Shown in pieces: positions 26,886 to 29,958 of a stretch of DNA of 29,958 bases. Location: the NCBI GenBank assembly GCA_045863235.1, contig BTUM01000091.1, positions 1 through 29,958 of the forward strand. Direction: 5' to 3'. Position numbers and translations under genes: made by a program. This stretch comes from Candidatus Xenobia bacterium. GTDB lineage: Bacteria > Vulcanimicrobiota > Xenobia > Xenobiales > QWHO01. Position 1 is the stretch's first letter; each line of letters opens with the position of its first letter. The notes under the pieces were generated by a model. That model was not told the origin of the DNA. It saw nothing but the letters and a program-made list of their open reading frames with translations, and made no database searches.

Positions 26886-29848
26886 CAGGCGCTCACCTGG
26901 CGCAGCCAGTCCACCAGCTCTTCGGTGGAGAATTGGCGCCGATCCACCAGCCGGGCCGTGTGGGCGTGGAGATACTCGCGCTCTTCGTCGGTCAGCTCCT
27001 TGGCCGTGACCACCACCACCGGCACCGAGGCCCAGCGCGGATTCTGATGCATGACGGCCAGCACCTCGAAACCGTCCACCTCGGGCATCATCAGGTCGAG
27101 CAGCACCAGCCGGGTGGGCTCGCCCTGCATGCGCTCGATGGCCTGGCGCCCGTTCTCGGCCGTTTCCACGGTCCAGCCTTCCTGGCTCAGGGTGCGCTGG
27201 AACAGCTCGCGGTTGTTGGGGTCGTCCTCCACCACCAGCACCCGCCCGGGGCCGGCCGGGCAGAGGCGCTGCAGCAGGGTGACCAGCCGGTCGCGCTGGA
27301 TGGGCTTCTCGAGCTGCTCGGCGGCGCCCAGCGTCAGGCCCGGTCCGCGATCGCCGGCGAAGGTGACCAGCACCACCGGAATGCCGCACAGGTCGGGATC
27401 GGCTTTGAACTGCCCCAGCACCGTCCAGCCGTCCACCTCGGGCATCATCACGTCGAGCGTGATGGCATCGGGACGCCACTCGCGGGCCTTGCGCATGCCC
27501 TCGGGTCCGCCCGCGGCCGCGGCCACCTCGAACCCCTCCTTCTCCAGCGTGCGCCGCATCAGCTCGAGCACCTGGGGGTCGTCATCGATGACCAGCACTC
27601 GCGGCGTGCGGCGCGAGCGCTCCTGGTTGCCGCCCACCTTCTGCACCTCGCCCACCATGGACGAGTGCAGGGGAAGCTCGATGGTGAAGGTGGACCCGGC
27701 GTCGGGAGTGCTCTGTACGAACACCTCGCCCCCGATCAGCTCCACGATGCGTCGGGTGAGCAAGAGGCCCAACCCGGTGCCGCCGTACTTGCGCGTGGCC
27801 GAGGAATCGCCCTGGCTGAAGGGTGCCCAGAGGCGCTCGAGCTGCTCGGGCTTGATCCCGATCCCGCTATCCTCCACCTCCACCGACACGCGTCCGTAAG
27901 CTTCCTGGGCCCGCACCTCGATGTGTCCCTCGTGGGTGAACTTGCAGGCGTTGTCCAGAATGGCCAGCAGGCACTGGCGCACGCGGCTTTTGTCCGAGTA
28001 GAGGAGGATCGGCTCCTCGGGCACCTTCACCCGCAGCTCGACGCCGCTCTCACGGCGGCCCTCCACCTCGCGCACCAGCTCGCGGATCAGGGTCTGCAGC
28101 TCGAAGGTCTCGGGATAGACCGGCATCTTGCCGGCATCGATCTTGGACAGGTCCAGGATGTCGTTGATGAGCGTGAGCAGGTTCTTGCCCGAGGTGTGGA
28201 TGCGCTCGAGGTCGGGCAGGAAGTCCTCGAGTCCCGAGTCGGGCGCCTCCTCGATCAGAATTTCGCTGTAGCCGATGATGGCGTTCAGGGGGGTGCGCAG
28301 CTCGTGGCTCATGTTCGCCAGGAAGGCGCTCTTGGCCCGGTTGGCGGCTTCGGCGGCGTCGACCTCGAGCTGCAACTGGCGCGCCCGCTCGCGCTCGGTC
28401 ACGTCGCGCAGCCCGACCAGCACGCTCTCTCCTTCGGTGTGGCGCAGGATGGTGACCTCGACCTGGCGCGTCTGCCCCTCGGCGTCCTGCACCCGCACCT
28501 CGAAGGGAAGGCGCCCCGCCAGCGAGGGGTCGCTCAGGGCCCGCTCGAGACGGTCGTGGTCGCGCGAGTCCACCAGCGAGCTGAGGGGCTTGCCCAGCAG
28601 CGCCTCGGGGTCGTGGCCCAGGTCGCGCTTGAGGGCCGGGCTGACGTAGAGGCAGTTGAGCTGGGCGTCGAGCCGCATCAGGATGTCGGTCGCATTCTCG
28701 ACCAGGGCCCGGATGCGTCGCTCGTTCAGCTCCAGGGCGGTGCCCAGGTCGATGAGCTGCTTCTCGCGCTCGTGCACCTGGGTGATCATCTCTTCGAACC
28801 CCCGGGCCAGCGTGCCGAATTCGTCGCGCCGGCGAGACAGCTCGTGCAGCTCGCGGCCCGGCTCTTGCCCCTGCTCGGCCCGGTCGATGGCCTTGAGCAG
28901 GATGGGGATCGGGCGCAGCAGCCGGTTGGTCACCAGGCCCAGAGCCGCCAGCATGACCACCATGGTGGCCAGGAAGACTCCCACGTCATTTTGCAGGATC
29001 CGCTCCACCGGGGCCATGACCGAGGCCCGCGAGACCTGCAAGATGACCAGAAAACCGCTCTCGGAGCAGGTGGCAAAGTAATACTGCCAGGCTCCAGCCT
29101 TGACCCGGTCCGCGCCCGAGTGAGCGTCGAGGTGGGCGTCCAGGATTTCCCGCCCTTCCGGCAGCTGGCTGACGTTCTGGCCCGGCCGGTCAGGCCCCGG
29201 AAGCTTGTTGGGGTCGGGATGGAGCAGGAAGTAGCCGGCCCCGTTGGCCAGCCAGGGAATGTCCTGCTCGCGGAGCGAGCAGCGGCTCAGGATGGGTTGC
29301 AGCCCTTCCACCCGCACGTCGGTGGCGGCTACCCCGAGGATGCTCTTGCCATCTTGCGAGATGGTCGCCTGGGCCATGCGCACGATCACCGAGCCCTGCT
29401 CGAAGACCGGTTCGCGCAGGAAGATGGCACCGCGCTTCTCGACCGCCCCCAGGTACCAGTCCTCCAGGCGGGCGTCGTAGGGCTCCACCTTCGTGTGGGC
29501 AGCCCGCAGCATCGTGCCGTCGGCTCCCGCAAAGAGCACTCCTGCCGTCAGCTCGGGCGAGGAGCGAGACAAGAGGCCATCGAGCAGGGTCTGCACCTGG
29601 CCCAGGTCTCCCCCCGAGGCGCCCACCTCAGCCGCGATGGCCCGGGTGATGGCTCCCTGGCCGTAGAGGGTCAGGTCAATGGCCTGGGCCGTGGTGCGCA
29701 CCTCTCGGATGCCCTCTCCCCGGGTCAGCTGGTCGAGCACGTCGGAGACGTTCTTCAGCCCCTGGGTCAACGTCAGCAGCAACACCAGGGCGGTGGCCGC
29801 CCCGACCGAGAGCTGCAGGGCAAGCGCGATGCGTCGGACGCGGAACAT
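26885..29848 (-). CDS. Hybrid sensor histidine kinase (TM-Cache-TM-HAMP-PAS-HisKA-HATPase-REC-REC)
   Basis: DWY...EPVFE, DEFGTLARGF, PAS (YVSPA), MSHELRTPLN, DNACKFT, DSGIG, GTGLGL, and two receiver domains. Confidence 0.93.
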   Translation of the reverse strand: MFRVRRIALALQLSVGAATALVLLLTLTQGLKNVSDVLDQLTRGEGIREVRTTAQAIDLTLYGQGAITRAIAAEVGASGGDLGQVQTLLDGLLSRSSPELTAGVLFAGADGTMLRAAHTKVEPYDARLEDWYLGAVEKRGAIFLREPVFEQGSVIVRMAQATISQDGKSILGVAATDVRVEGLQPILSRCSLREQDIPWLANGAGYFLLHPDPNKLPGPDRPGQNVSQLPEGREILDAHLDAHSGADRVKAGAWQYYFATCSESGFLVILQVSRASVMAPVERILQNDVGVFLATMVVMLAALGLVTNRLLRPIPILLKAIDRAEQGQEPGRELHELSRRRDEFGTLARGFEEMITQVHEREKQLIDLGTALELNERRIRALVENATDILMRLDAQLNCLYVSPALKRDLGHDPEALLGKPLSSLVDSRDHDRLERALSDPSLAGRLPFEVRVQDAEGQTRQVEVTILRHTEGESVLVGLRDVTERERARQLQLEVDAAEAANRAKSAFLANMSHELRTPLNAIIGYSEILIEEAPDSGLEDFLPDLERIHTSGKNLLTLINDILDLSKIDAGKMPVYPETFELQTLIRELVREVEGRRESGVELRVKVPEEPILLYSDKSRVRQCLLAILDNACKFTHEGHIEVRAQEAYGRVSVEVEDSGIGIKPEQLERLWAPFSQGDSSATRKYGGTGLGLLLTRRIVELIGGEVFVQSTPDAGSTFTIELPLHSSMVGEVQKVGGNQERSRRTPRVLVIDDDPQVLELMRRTLEKEGFEVAAAAGGPEGMRKAREWRPDAITLDVMMPEVDGWTVLGQFKADPDLCGIPVVLVTFAGDRGPGLTLGAAEQLEKPIQRDRLVTLLQRLCPAGPGRVLVVEDDPNNRELFQRTLSQEGWTVETAENGRQAIERMQGEPTRLVLLDLMMPEVDGFEVLAVMHQNPRWASVPVVVVTAKELTDEEREYLHAHTARLVDRRQFSTEELVDWLRQVSA

Positions 29849-29853
29849 CCGGC

Positions 29854-29958
29854 TCAGCGTTGGAGCAGAGCCTCCATCTTGGCTAACAGGCTGGCCAGAT
29901 CCACCGGCTTGGTATCGTAGTCATCACAGCCTGCCTCCATTGCTTTCTCGCGATCCCC
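29854..29958 (-). CDS. C-terminal end of a response regulator receiver domain (partial)
   Basis: Minus strand reads GDREKAMEAGCDDYDTKPVDLASLLAKMEALLQR*. The stop is 5 nt before the kinase ATG. Confidence 0.9.
   Translation of the reverse strand, partial: GDREKAMEAGCDDYDTKPVDLASLLAKMEALLQR

Noticed and set aside
26886..27479. N-terminal 198-aa extension of the 1195-aa ORF
   Set aside because: It overlaps the upstream kinase in another frame and reads as shadow sequence; ATG 26885 gives a TGATG coupling followed by a TM helix.

Overview
GC-rich bacterial chromosomal window with no rRNA, tRNA, CRISPR array or recognisable transposase/integrase. From left to right: (1) a c-di-GMP-related cluster on + (5'-truncated giant Pro-rich repeat protein ending in HD-GYP, a two-HKD phospholipase D family protein, and a REC-like/GGDEF/PilZ protein); (2) a visibly less GC-rich accessory patch at ~5850-10337 with a mosaic scar built from fragments of both flanking regions, two Phd-VapC toxin-antitoxin loci (one toxin inactivated), a frameshifted pseudogene and a papain-like lipoprotein; (3) a minus-strand run of fatty-acid-hydroxylase family gene, Lon-N domain gene, iolD and iolA/mmsA; (4) a third PIN toxin-antitoxin pair and hflX; (5) a minus-strand run of a nearly uncharged QPFxFQTGxxG/FG-repeat protein, lipA and an 1160-aa protein of unknown function with an internal ~137-aa duplication; (6) a tightly coupled signalling operon: response regulator (partial), two Cache-HAMP-PAS hybrid histidine kinases, a REC-Ser/Thr kinase and a small membrane protein. 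The best candidates for novelty are the FG/Q-repeat protein-lipA-1160 aa unit and the synonymously diverged iolD|GGDEF junction scar. All calls are from motif reading only; no searches were run.
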